From positions 15,315-79,314 of the forward strand of contig DDIM01000006.1 of the NCBI GenBank assembly GCA_002338525.1: 64,000 nucleotides of DNA. Reading direction: 5' to 3'. This DNA is from Micavibrio sp. UBA1850 (GTDB taxonomy: Bacteria; Pseudomonadota; Alphaproteobacteria; Micavibrionales; Micavibrionaceae). Positions 19,117-27,757 of the stretch are shown here, in pieces. Position 1 is the first letter of the stretch; the number at the start of each line of letters is the position of its first letter. Under the pieces are notes generated by a model that was given only the letters and a program-made list of their open reading frames with translations, did no database searches and was not told the DNA's origin. The position numbers and the translations under genes were made by a program.

Positions 19117-20336
19117 TAAAGCGCGCCTTCCATAAGTCCACCCATCATACTGTCCATACTAACGTTCATCACGGTCAAAGCATAGATCGCACTACCAAAC
19201 GCAAGTGCAAGATAAGCCCCGGTGAGAACAAACGCCAGCCAAACAATGAGTTTGTGTTTTGTCCGAGAGGATTGCGTTCGCATTTCTGCAATCGCATCCA
19301 TAATAGTAGCAACCTGATCAAGATCCGACAAGGTCGCAAGTTCTAAACGCTCTGCCCGCGTCAAAGGAGGTTTATCAAGGGCCGACCCCAAATTAATACC
19401 GCGAGAGAGTTGTTCAACGGCATTTGTCCAATATTGGGAAACCTCGGGCACTGTTGTTGCGTTTGCAGATTCTTCCAAAGCATCAATAATAGACACCTTT
19501 CCTTTAATCATACGAGAGGCCGCCGCCATCGAGTCAGAGAAACCAAGGTCTCGTAAATATCCACCAATAAGAGGGATTTTCCTAACCATACGCGCCGTCG
19601 GCCAGTCTTTTTTACCTCTGTTAATGATATAAGAAAATACAGCCCACGCCATAAACGCACCCATGGCAAAAGCAAAGTAAATCAAAAGATCCCACGTCAG
19701 CTGAAGATTACCAACCACGCGTTCAAACTTCTCAAGCTCGGCAGGGTCTGTCGGTTTGTTATCCATAAACCAATCAATAATCATGCCTTTTCCCCAAAAA
19801 AGGGATTGCACGATGGTAAAAACGTCAAATCCTAGCCATGCGAGTGTCCCCATAATCGCCTGATTGTTTTTACGTTTTTGTGTAATCGACTGAATGGCAT
19901 GGGGAATACCTTCATATAGCTTATTGGCGCGCTCACTGGCCGACAAAATAGAAAGCGTCCCATGGTCAAAAATGTTTAGGGCTTTGAGCGCGTCAATCGC
20001 ACCTAAGCCTCTTGATAACGCTTCACGGGCAGGCGCTAGAATATTCTGGCGACGCGGGCTTGTCTCAGACTCGATAAGATTCCAAAGGGCAACACCAGGA
20101 GACGTTGATGACGAGCGGAATTGAATACCGCGCAAAAGTTGAACCTGCCACCAGCTAGAGCGTGCTAAAATACGCTCCAAGGGTGTGCGTTCATGTTGAC
20201 GGATGTTGAGGACATAGCCCCCCATATTTTCAACAGCAGTACGCACGTCTTGACGCGTAGGAAGGTAAAAAGATTCCTCCCTCGTGATCACGCCACGGCG
20301 ATTTTGAAATGCGATTTCAACAATCCACTGCTGCAT
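19116..20336 (-). CDS. GspF/PilC-family inner-membrane platform protein
   Basis: 406 aa with two repeats of a helical cytoplasmic domain plus TM segments. IPLIGGYLRDLGFSDSMAAASRMIKGKVSIIDALEE...LSRGINLGSAL resembles the T2SSF repeat. Confidence 0.65.
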   Translation of the reverse strand: MQQWIVEIAFQNRRGVITREESFYLPTRQDVRTAVENMGGYVLNIRQHERTPLERILARSSWWQVQLLRGIQFRSSSTSPGVALWNLIESETSPRRQNILAPAREALSRGLGAIDALKALNIFDHGTLSILSASERANKLYEGIPHAIQSITQKRKNNQAIMGTLAWLGFDVFTIVQSLFWGKGMIIDWFMDNKPTDPAELEKFERVVGNLQLTWDLLIYFAFAMGAFMAWAVFSYIINRGKKDWPTARMVRKIPLIGGYLRDLGFSDSMAAASRMIKGKVSIIDALEESANATTVPEVSQYWTNAVEQLSRGINLGSALDKPPLTRAERLELATLSDLDQVATIMDAIAEMRTQSSRTKHKLIVWLAFVLTGAYLALAFGSAIYALTVMNVSMDSMMGGLMEGAL

Positions 20337-20364
20337 ACTGTGTCAAATCCCTTCCTTAGTTAAT

Positions 20365-22149
20365 CTACGAGTCAAGATATGAGATTGCAGAAACAGGATC
20401 GACCAAGCCACTAACGACAAGATCAACAAGACCGCTTTGTCTCGTGTAGCTGTGTACACCATCCTGCTTCACAATATTATTAACGTTACTCATTAATGCT
20501 TCAAAAATCTCGTTTCTCTCTGAAGGGCCAAGATTGATCGTCAAGGCATCCAGCAGCAATGTTCGTCCAGCAATACCCGTTCTGTTGCAAAGTTCACACC
20601 CAGACGAGTTTTGCCTACGGATCATTGTTTCTTCAGGAATATTAAACGTTTCAAGCATAGTCGGCGGCAACACATCACCAATACGGTCGCGGTGCGCACA
20701 TGCTTGGCAAAGCGTCTTAACCAATCTCTGGTTCATTATACATCTAACTTGCTGCGCAAGCGTAAAAGTTGATGAACGTTCACGATCGGTCGGCATCAAA
20801 GATTTCAAACGTTCAAATGTTTGAAGGGCGGTGTCGGCGTGAACAGTTGAAATAACTGTGTGACCAGATTCCGCTGCTTTTAACGCCGTTTCCACAGTGT
20901 CCATATCACGAAGCTCCCCGATGATAATATAGTCAGGGTCGTGACGCATTGAGGCGCGAATAAGATCAGAAAATCCACCTCCGGGCATTCCCGGGCGAAC
21001 TTGCCACTGTGTGGCATAACGAAGTTCATATTCAATAGGGTCTTCAATGGTCAAAACGTGGCGACGGCGACGATCAATTTCTTGAATACACGCATACATC
21101 GTCGTTGTTTTACCAGATCCCGTCGGGCCGGATAAGATGATAAGACCACCACCCCCCTTAATCTCAGGAGACAAAAGCCTTTGTAATGTCCCGCCGACCT
21201 CTTCATGACGTTTAAACAATTCGTTAAAGCCACGTAGTGAAGCACGGTCAAGAAGACGCATTGTTATCTTCTCACCATCTTGAGCTTGCGGGCCTGCGGC
21301 AACACGCACATCAATCATACGGCCTTGCCATGTAAAACTAAAACGGCCATCTTTAGGTGTGACGCGGTCACCAAAGTTCATGCCCGCATCACGTTTAAGA
21401 AGTGTTGTTAATCGCGCCATGGCATCATTAGGAAGCAAGTGCATCGGCAAAACGTCACCATCAATACGGTAACGAATCCAGTTTGGCGCATCCGGATTGT
21501 TATCTTGCACGAGGTGAATATCTGACACACGAAGTTGTAAAGATTCCGCCATCATATCGCGCACAAATTGATTAAGTAGCAATCCGTTATCAACATCGGC
21601 CAGCCACTCTGCCAAGGTTTTTTCACAACGCCCTGTTGAAAGGTCTCGCACCGAGCGAAGCGTTCTTAAGAGTTCCTGCCTGTCCCAAATTTCAATTTCG
21701 AGGCGTTCAACATAAAATCCTGTTCTATTCGCAGCAGATACAAGAAGATCGATTTGTTTTTCGTTCAACTCGTCAAGGGGCGCCACTTTCAAAACCCCCT
21801 CAGACAAACCAATCAAATGAATATTGAGAGGGAGCCAATATTGCACAGGCAGGTTAGAGCGAAGCGCATCCCCTGTTGCAGAATATTTTGTGCCTTCTTG
21901 TTCGTCTGATTTGTTTGGAGCTGATGCCCCTGCAATATCGAGCAATTGCTCGGTCGACATTGATTTTCCTTGGCTCAGGAACATATTACGCTCACGCTGA
22001 ACCATATCAAGGTAGCGCTCGCGCCCATCATACGCGATTAGGCGACGGTCAGGTTCCTTACGACGTTCCACACCGTTTTGAGGACCAATGTTGACCTTAC
22101 GACGATCGGCGCCTGTACGCTGCGGATCATTATCAACGTTTTCATTCAT
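20365..22149 (-). CDS. GspE/PilB-family secretion ATPase with Arg-rich N-terminal extension
   Basis: Walker A SGPTGSGKTT, Asp box, Walker B IIIGELRD, His box TVHA, tetracysteine CQAC...CELC, and a T2SSE_N-like segment (GVLKVAPLDELNEKQIDLL). Confidence 0.9.
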   Translation of the reverse strand: MNENVDNDPQRTGADRRKVNIGPQNGVERRKEPDRRLIAYDGRERYLDMVQRERNMFLSQGKSMSTEQLLDIAGASAPNKSDEQEGTKYSATGDALRSNLPVQYWLPLNIHLIGLSEGVLKVAPLDELNEKQIDLLVSAANRTGFYVERLEIEIWDRQELLRTLRSVRDLSTGRCEKTLAEWLADVDNGLLLNQFVRDMMAESLQLRVSDIHLVQDNNPDAPNWIRYRIDGDVLPMHLLPNDAMARLTTLLKRDAGMNFGDRVTPKDGRFSFTWQGRMIDVRVAAGPQAQDGEKITMRLLDRASLRGFNELFKRHEEVGGTLQRLLSPEIKGGGGLIILSGPTGSGKTTTMYACIQEIDRRRRHVLTIEDPIEYELRYATQWQVRPGMPGGGFSDLIRASMRHDPDYIIIGELRDMDTVETALKAAESGHTVISTVHADTALQTFERLKSLMPTDRERSSTFTLAQQVRCIMNQRLVKTLCQACAHRDRIGDVLPPTMLETFNIPEETMIRRQNSSGCELCNRTGIAGRTLLLDALTINLGPSERNEIFEALMSNVNNIVKQDGVHSYTRQSGLVDLVVSGLVDPVSAISYLDS

Positions 22150-23669
22150 TACTGATCACTTGTGTTTGTCGTTGTCGTTGTCGCTGCACCGCCCGAAGAT
22201 GAGCCAGTAGAAAGAGAGCGGTCAAACAACAGATTTATCTTATCGCTACCGTTTTTAAACTCTATGCCTGCAGATGTGATGCGCACATCCCACTCTACAC
22301 CGCCAATGACAACAGATTGTTTGTCTTTGACAATACGGCTTCCGCCAGGACCGACGATAATAGCTTTTTGTCCTGAGTGTGAGGTAATTGAAAAACCAGA
22401 TAAAGCATCCAATTTGCGGTAATTCTTTTCAACAACGCCGCCGCGTTCGACAATTGCCTGAGAATCTTTACTGACCGCTCGTGTGGCTTCGCCTCTCACA
22501 GGAACAACAAGAACACCACGCGCCCCGTTATGAACAATTTGAAGATCGTCAAAAATTGCACCTTCACGCACAGGTACCCAACGAAGGGTAAGCGGGCAGG
22601 CTTCTATAGGGCGTAGGATGGCGCCTTCTTGGCACCCTCTGTCCAAAATAGACAGCCCATTGTCAGTGCCTGACAAGTCTATGTCATGTATTGTTAGATC
22701 AGCATCACCGACATTTACCAATGATAGTGATATTGTTGACTCATTTTCGATACCACTTTCAAAGTCTATCTCGTCTTGTGTCGAAACCATCAAGCCACGA
22801 CCTGGAACAGCACTAGGGAAGACTTCTGCAATGTCGGATTCTTCTGGGTCAAACTCACCAGTTAGTGGAATGCTGGCAATGCGAGACGATCCTGAATGTT
22901 CTACAACAATAACAGCGTCTGCTTGACCTGATTGTTGTGGTGCCCATGTTACCGTAGCCAAACAAGCCTCACTTGGATTCAAATCACCACAATCATGGTC
23001 AAGTCTGTAACCAGATTGAGAGGCGGCTGCAATACGCACATTTTTAACCGATAATGGCGTCGCTGTGACGTTTCTGAAAACGACAGATTTGATGAGCGGT
23101 TGGCTTGACGAAAGACTTCCAAAGTCAATTTCATTTGGAATGGCCTCAATGTCACTTAGCACGTTTTGGTTATCTGTGGAGCTTGATTCAACGTCACCAG
23201 CCACCGCCGCAGACGTGATTTGTGAACGTCCATCATTTTGCACAAGCATCGATACGCGCCACGCCCCTGTTTGCAATCCCTTTACGCTAATGACAATAGG
23301 ACATTCTGCTCCGGGAGGCAGAGGCACGTCCTTACATTCGTTTAACTCTACTGCAGCAGAAATTGTAGAAGAGGGGTATAGCTTCACATCCCCAATTTGT
23401 ATAACCCGACCACCATCGTTTCTAAACAACGTAACGACCTGCCCCGTTGATCCCAAGGCAATTTCACCGCCATCAAATTCTTCTTCAACGGGTGTTAAGA
23501 CGCCGGCAGCACCCCCGCCACTAACGGCAATACCTGGATCGAAAAAACCAGAAGACGCATGAGCTGATGTAACGAATGGGGACGTCAATATAACGGTCGA
23601 CAGGCATAATAAACCTATAGATTTTATGGATCCCAATGCCGCCGATTGTGAAAAATTATACCATGTCAT
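22149..23669 (-). CDS. Secreted protein with three ASH / choice-of-anchor-D-like Ig repeats and a PilP/GspC-HR-like C-terminal domain
   Basis: Signal peptide ending SAHA. Three ~110-aa repeats each carry a Cys pair (NECKDVPLPPGAECPIVISV; HDCGDLNPSEACLATVTW; RGCQEGAILRPIEACPLTLRW). The C terminus KAIIVGPGGSRIVKDKQSVVIGGVEWDVRITSAGIEF is PilP-like. The stop overlaps the ATPase start (TAATG). Confidence 0.5.
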   Translation of the reverse strand: MTWYNFSQSAALGSIKSIGLLCLSTVILTSPFVTSAHASSGFFDPGIAVSGGGAAGVLTPVEEEFDGGEIALGSTGQVVTLFRNDGGRVIQIGDVKLYPSSTISAAVELNECKDVPLPPGAECPIVISVKGLQTGAWRVSMLVQNDGRSQITSAAVAGDVESSSTDNQNVLSDIEAIPNEIDFGSLSSSQPLIKSVVFRNVTATPLSVKNVRIAAASQSGYRLDHDCGDLNPSEACLATVTWAPQQSGQADAVIVVEHSGSSRIASIPLTGEFDPEESDIAEVFPSAVPGRGLMVSTQDEIDFESGIENESTISLSLVNVGDADLTIHDIDLSGTDNGLSILDRGCQEGAILRPIEACPLTLRWVPVREGAIFDDLQIVHNGARGVLVVPVRGEATRAVSKDSQAIVERGGVVEKNYRKLDALSGFSITSHSGQKAIIVGPGGSRIVKDKQSVVIGGVEWDVRITSAGIEFKNGSDKINLLFDRSLSTGSSSGGAATTTTTNTSDQ

Positions 23670-23780
23670 GTTCTCTACCCGTTTTAGTGCCCGTAATGCT
23701 TTGTATTGTTGTATACCCTAATAGTATAAATCAAAAATGTTTCTCGTTCGTTACCATTGCCCCATATAATTGCTGGTGCA

Positions 23781-25658
23781 TTAAAAAACAGGCCTTAAGG
23801 GCACATAGTTTTCTGGGTTTTCTGGCTCTTCAGTATCTTCGTTTGAAATATTATTGGCTGGTACGTCAAATAAAGGTGTCGGTGGGTCTATCTCTACACG
23901 CTCGATAATGACAGGCGCATTGGCTGTCTCTCTCATAGGCGCCTTAATTGGTTTTGCGACCATGGGGGCTTGCACAACGGGCGTATCAGGAGATAACGGC
24001 TGAACAATGACCTCATCTTCAGAAATCACCTCTTGAGCGCGCGGCTGTTCTTTAGACTCTTGAACCTCGTAAGTATCCTTAATAATGACGGTTTCTTGCG
24101 CAGGCTGGACTATTGATGGTGAAACTTCAGCAACAGGGGCTGGAACATCAACACTAACTTGTTTTAAAAACTGGGCGGCTGCTTTTTCAGAGGCAAGCTT
24201 TGCCTCACGCTTCATAGAAATCATTTCAGCCTCAGATGGTGTTGTATAAACAACAACACGCGGGCGAAGCAGGAACACAAGCTCAACATTTGACGTTTGT
24301 GCTGTTCGGCTTGATGGGAAAAGGGGCTCTTGAATACCCGGACCTGATTTGTCAAAATTGTCAATTTCGCGCACAAGACCGGCAATCAACAAAGAATCTC
24401 CCGGGCGGATACGAACTTGGGTAGAAAGTTCACGCTCGGTTGTTTGTGGCAACTGAACAATCGCATCAGGGTTGTCATCAAATGTATCGATGGCACGTAC
24501 CTCTTGAAGCAAAATATCAATATTACCGTATACAGTTGCTTTGTCCCAACTAGAGGCAATATCAAAAGTAAAACCAGTGTCGACGGAATCTGTTTGTGTT
24601 GACACGGTGACTTCGCCTTGGTCAACTGAACGAGAAATTTCAGACACATAGTTTTGAGTGTCTGCAACACGGAAACGAGCATTAGATCCTGATAGAACGG
24701 TAACCTGTGGCTGAGAAATCGTTTTAACAGCTCCATATTCGGAAATAAACTGGAAGACATTATCTCCATCAAATGCCACACCGTTTGTTGTCGGTAACCC
24801 AATACTCACAGGCGTTCCAAGAGACGGATCAGGCACACCTTCTAAGTTGATGCCCAGCTGATATTTACCAAAATTATCAATACTATCCCAATCAATACCC
24901 GTTGAATTTCCAGAGTTAAGCGAAACTTCCCAAATGTAGGTTTCAAATATAATCAGGGCTGTGTTTGATCTAAGGCGCTGAAAATAGCTGTCTGCAACTT
25001 CAGATGTACGGTTTGAGGCGCGGTAGACAAGCGTGCGTGTCGCCTCATCAGTAATAGGTGTTGATCCTACAATTTCTTCAAGAGCAGCAGAGACCCCCGT
25101 TAAAAACTCGTTGTCTTCACCAATTGGGGGCAACGTTACTGTGAATAGCTGCGTGTCTTTTACAACGAGCATGCCATTTTCAAACGAGCAATATAAATCC
25201 GCCAAGCTGCAAACACGAGATACGATGAACTCCAGCTCGCCTTTTAAATTTGTGATTGTAATTGTGCGCTCAAGCCCTTCTGAGCTTTCAAAGGCAATAG
25301 GAATATCAGTTTCGTCCAAAATCAACTGCAAGGCGCCGCCCAATGTCTCACCGCGTAGCTCAAAAGGGCCAACAATCTTTTTTGGCAAAACATCAGATTT
25401 TGCAATTTGCGGAACAAGAATATCATCGCCAAGAGGTAAGTACATAACAGCATCCGGACGTTCGTTGACCGCACGTTTACGTTCTTGTGCAAATTGAGGG
25501 GCGGGGATGTTAACGTTGCGCGTGTCTGGTGCAAAAACTTGTGCGCAAGACCCTAAAAACATAGAGCTTGATGCGACAAGGCCCAATAGGGCGCCCCCAG
25601 ACAATATCCGAGAGAAGAGGGGGGGCTTTAACTGTGTTTTATAATTTTTTAAGGCCAT
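23781..25658 (-). CDS. Secretin-family outer-membrane lipoprotein (T4bP PilN/BfpB/TcpC-like) with Pro/Glu-rich C-terminal tail
   Basis: Lipobox FLGSC. Secretin core KTISQPQVTVLSGSNARFRV...IRPGDSLLIAGLVRE...ELVFLLRPRVV. There are ~154 extra C-terminal residues. Confidence 0.8.
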   Translation of the reverse strand: MALKNYKTQLKPPLFSRILSGGALLGLVASSSMFLGSCAQVFAPDTRNVNIPAPQFAQERKRAVNERPDAVMYLPLGDDILVPQIAKSDVLPKKIVGPFELRGETLGGALQLILDETDIPIAFESSEGLERTITITNLKGELEFIVSRVCSLADLYCSFENGMLVVKDTQLFTVTLPPIGEDNEFLTGVSAALEEIVGSTPITDEATRTLVYRASNRTSEVADSYFQRLRSNTALIIFETYIWEVSLNSGNSTGIDWDSIDNFGKYQLGINLEGVPDPSLGTPVSIGLPTTNGVAFDGDNVFQFISEYGAVKTISQPQVTVLSGSNARFRVADTQNYVSEISRSVDQGEVTVSTQTDSVDTGFTFDIASSWDKATVYGNIDILLQEVRAIDTFDDNPDAIVQLPQTTERELSTQVRIRPGDSLLIAGLVREIDNFDKSGPGIQEPLFPSSRTAQTSNVELVFLLRPRVVVYTTPSEAEMISMKREAKLASEKAAAQFLKQVSVDVPAPVAEVSPSIVQPAQETVIIKDTYEVQESKEQPRAQEVISEDEVIVQPLSPDTPVVQAPMVAKPIKAPMRETANAPVIIERVEIDPPTPLFDVPANNISNEDTEEPENPENYVPLRPVF

Positions 25659-25753
25659 TCCTACATACTTCTTATTTCTTCATTATACTCTAAAATTATC
25701 ACGTTTGCCATGCCACTTATTAATGTACACGCATTATCCCCTTAATTTGGGCT

Positions 25754-26110
25754 TTAACTTGGTACTGATCGTGCGACCATCTTTAAAAGTCTGTCTTTTT
25801 CAACGGGTTTCATTAATGTCGCCTTTACCCCAAATGCTGATGCTTCACTTAAAAGATCCGGGCTTTGATCTCCGGTAATAAAAATAACCGGCGTTTGATT
25901 GTTTTTTGATCGTAATGACTTTACAAACTCGATGCCGTCTACAGGCTCCATGCGAACGTCAATGATGGCCAGCTTAATGTCATCTGTCATTGAGTTGAGG
26001 GCCGTTAGGCCATCAGTCGCCTCAACAACCTCATACCCGTCGGCTGTTAAGAAGCGATTGATTTGCATTCTGACGAAATCATTATCTTCTGCGAGAAGAA
26101 TTTTAGACAT
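25754..26110 (-). CDS. Single-domain CheY-like response regulator
   Basis: 118 aa. ILLAEDND, LAIIDVRMEPVDG and ATLMKP are the receiver signature residues. Confidence 0.9.
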   Translation of the reverse strand: MSKILLAEDNDFVRMQINRFLTADGYEVVEATDGLTALNSMTDDIKLAIIDVRMEPVDGIEFVKSLRSKNNQTPVIFITGDQSPDLLSEASAFGVKATLMKPVEKDRLLKMVARSVPS

Positions 26111-26152
26111 GTGAAACTCTGTGTTTGTTTATTTGTTTTTTTTGTGCGGCAT

Positions 26153-26172
26153 TGTTACCGGAGTTGGTAACA
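26153..26172. promoter_or_regulatory. 7-bp inverted repeat TGTTACC-N6-GGTAACA in the divergent RR / prepilin-peptidase intergenic region (candidate operator)
   Basis: Perfect arms at 26153-26159 and 26166-26172, 43-62 nt upstream of the response-regulator start. Confidence 0.25.
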
Positions 26173-26314
26173 GTATATGCGAATCGTTAAAAATCCATTT
26201 AACATCGTACACGCATATATAAATATGTGTAAACAATTATTTCTGTTGGTTTTTATGCCTGTTTGCTTATTATCCGCTTGATCTTATATGGTTTAGGCCG
26301 TAGCGTTCTGAACC

Positions 26315-26824
26315 ATGGATTTTGTTTTAATGCTTTCGGCTTTTTTTAGTGTTGCTACCGCTCTTGTTTTGCTGGCAACGCTTGCTGTTATTGATTTCAA
26401 AACAATGTACCTCCCCAATATTTACGTTTTTCCGTTTGCTGTGCTTGGCGTTGTATTCCATGTGTTAACAGGCTTTACGCTCATTTCATGCCAGGATATG
26501 CTGGTAGGGGCTGCATTTGGGTATGGCGTTTTGTGGTTAATACGATTTTTTGGCAACATGTACTACAAAACGGATTCCTTAGGCTTGGGCGACGTTAAGC
26601 TTATGGGGGCGGCTGGATTATGGCTTGGGTTCGCCAGTGTAACAACGGCGCTGACATTAGGGGCTGCTGCGGGGCTGTGTCATGGATTAATCGTTGCGTA
26701 TTTCAACTCAAGAAAAACAGGATCGTTTAATATTCAGCGCCTAAAAATACCCGCCGGACCCGGTTTTATCATCGGGATCACGATCATGATCATCATTGAT
26801 ATTTTTCCATATTTTACGAGGTAG
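26315..26824 (+). CDS. Short A24-family prepilin peptidase (no N-terminal methyltransferase / Zn domain)
   Basis: 169 aa, polytopic. AVIDFKTMYLP and LGLGDVKLMGAAGLWLG carry the two catalytic Asp motifs. Confidence 0.85.
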   Translation: MDFVLMLSAFFSVATALVLLATLAVIDFKTMYLPNIYVFPFAVLGVVFHVLTGFTLISCQDMLVGAAFGYGVLWLIRFFGNMYYKTDSLGLGDVKLMGAAGLWLGFASVTTALTLGAAAGLCHGLIVAYFNSRKTGSFNIQRLKIPAGPGFIIGITIMIIIDIFPYFTR

Positions 26825-26827
26825 GCC

Positions 26828-27733
26828 ATGAAACATTTATTGGATATTCAATCAATCGAGGTGGGTGATATTCACCAGATACTAAGTCGCGCAAAAGATT
26901 TTAAAGACGCTTTGGCCTCGGGTCGCTCGTGCGAAGATATTCTTTCGGGAAAAGTGATCATCAATATGTTTTTCGAAAACTCGACGCGCACATTAACCTC
27001 GTTTCAAATGGCTGCTTATCGATTAGGGGCACAAGTCATTAACTGGCAGGTCTCATCAAGCTCTACGAAAAAGGGCGAGACATTTTCGGATACAATGGAA
27101 TGCGTTGCAGGCTATCATCCAGATGCAATTGTTGTGCGTCATGAAGAGTTTAAGGCGCCTTACACAGTCAAAAAAATTGTGGATTGCCCCGTCATAAACG
27201 CGGGTGATAGCTGGCGTGCGCATCCATCTCAGGCTCTTTTGGATGTCTTTACGATGCAGGAAAACTTAGGCGATATAGCTGGTAAAACGATTGCAATATG
27301 TGGTGATGTGGCACATAGCCGCGTTGCCAGCTCAAATGTTGAGATATTAGGCAAGCTAGGGGCGCGTGTGCATATAGTTGCACCCGATAGCCTGCTTCCC
27401 AACATGTCAAAACACACCCATGTTGAAACGTTCAATAGTTTAGAAGATGGTTTGGTGGGGTGTGATGTTGTGATGATGTTACGCAATCAAAAAGAGCGCA
27501 TGGAAGCAGCAGACGTGCCTGATGATGTCGAGTATTTCCATGCGTTTGGCTTAACGCAGGAGCGCTTGGCGCGCGCAAATGAAGACGCGTTTGTGATGCA
27601 CCCGGGGCCCATGAACCGAAACGTAGAGATTGCAGACGATGTCGTCGATGATCCCGTAAAATCAAAAATATTTGAACAAATGGCCAATGGCCTACCTGTT
27701 CGTATGGCCATTTTTGAATGGGCCTTAAAGTAA
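26828..27733 (+). CDS. pyrB: Aspartate carbamoyltransferase catalytic subunit
   Basis: FFENSTRTLTSFQMAAYRLGAQV, HPSQALLD and HPGPMNR motifs. Confidence 0.95.
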   Translation: MKHLLDIQSIEVGDIHQILSRAKDFKDALASGRSCEDILSGKVIINMFFENSTRTLTSFQMAAYRLGAQVINWQVSSSSTKKGETFSDTMECVAGYHPDAIVVRHEEFKAPYTVKKIVDCPVINAGDSWRAHPSQALLDVFTMQENLGDIAGKTIAICGDVAHSRVASSNVEILGKLGARVHIVAPDSLLPNMSKHTHVETFNSLEDGLVGCDVVMMLRNQKERMEAADVPDDVEYFHAFGLTQERLARANEDAFVMHPGPMNRNVEIADDVVDDPVKSKIFEQMANGLPVRMAIFEWALK

Positions 27734-27757
27734 AAAACAATAGAAAGTGAAAAAGAA

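Noticed and set aside
26187-26203. CtrA-box-like TTAA-N8-TTAAC in the filament-locus control region
   Set aside because: The spacer is 8 nt, not the 7 nt required by the TTAA-N7-TTAAC consensus. AT-rich intergenic DNA gives such near-matches by chance.
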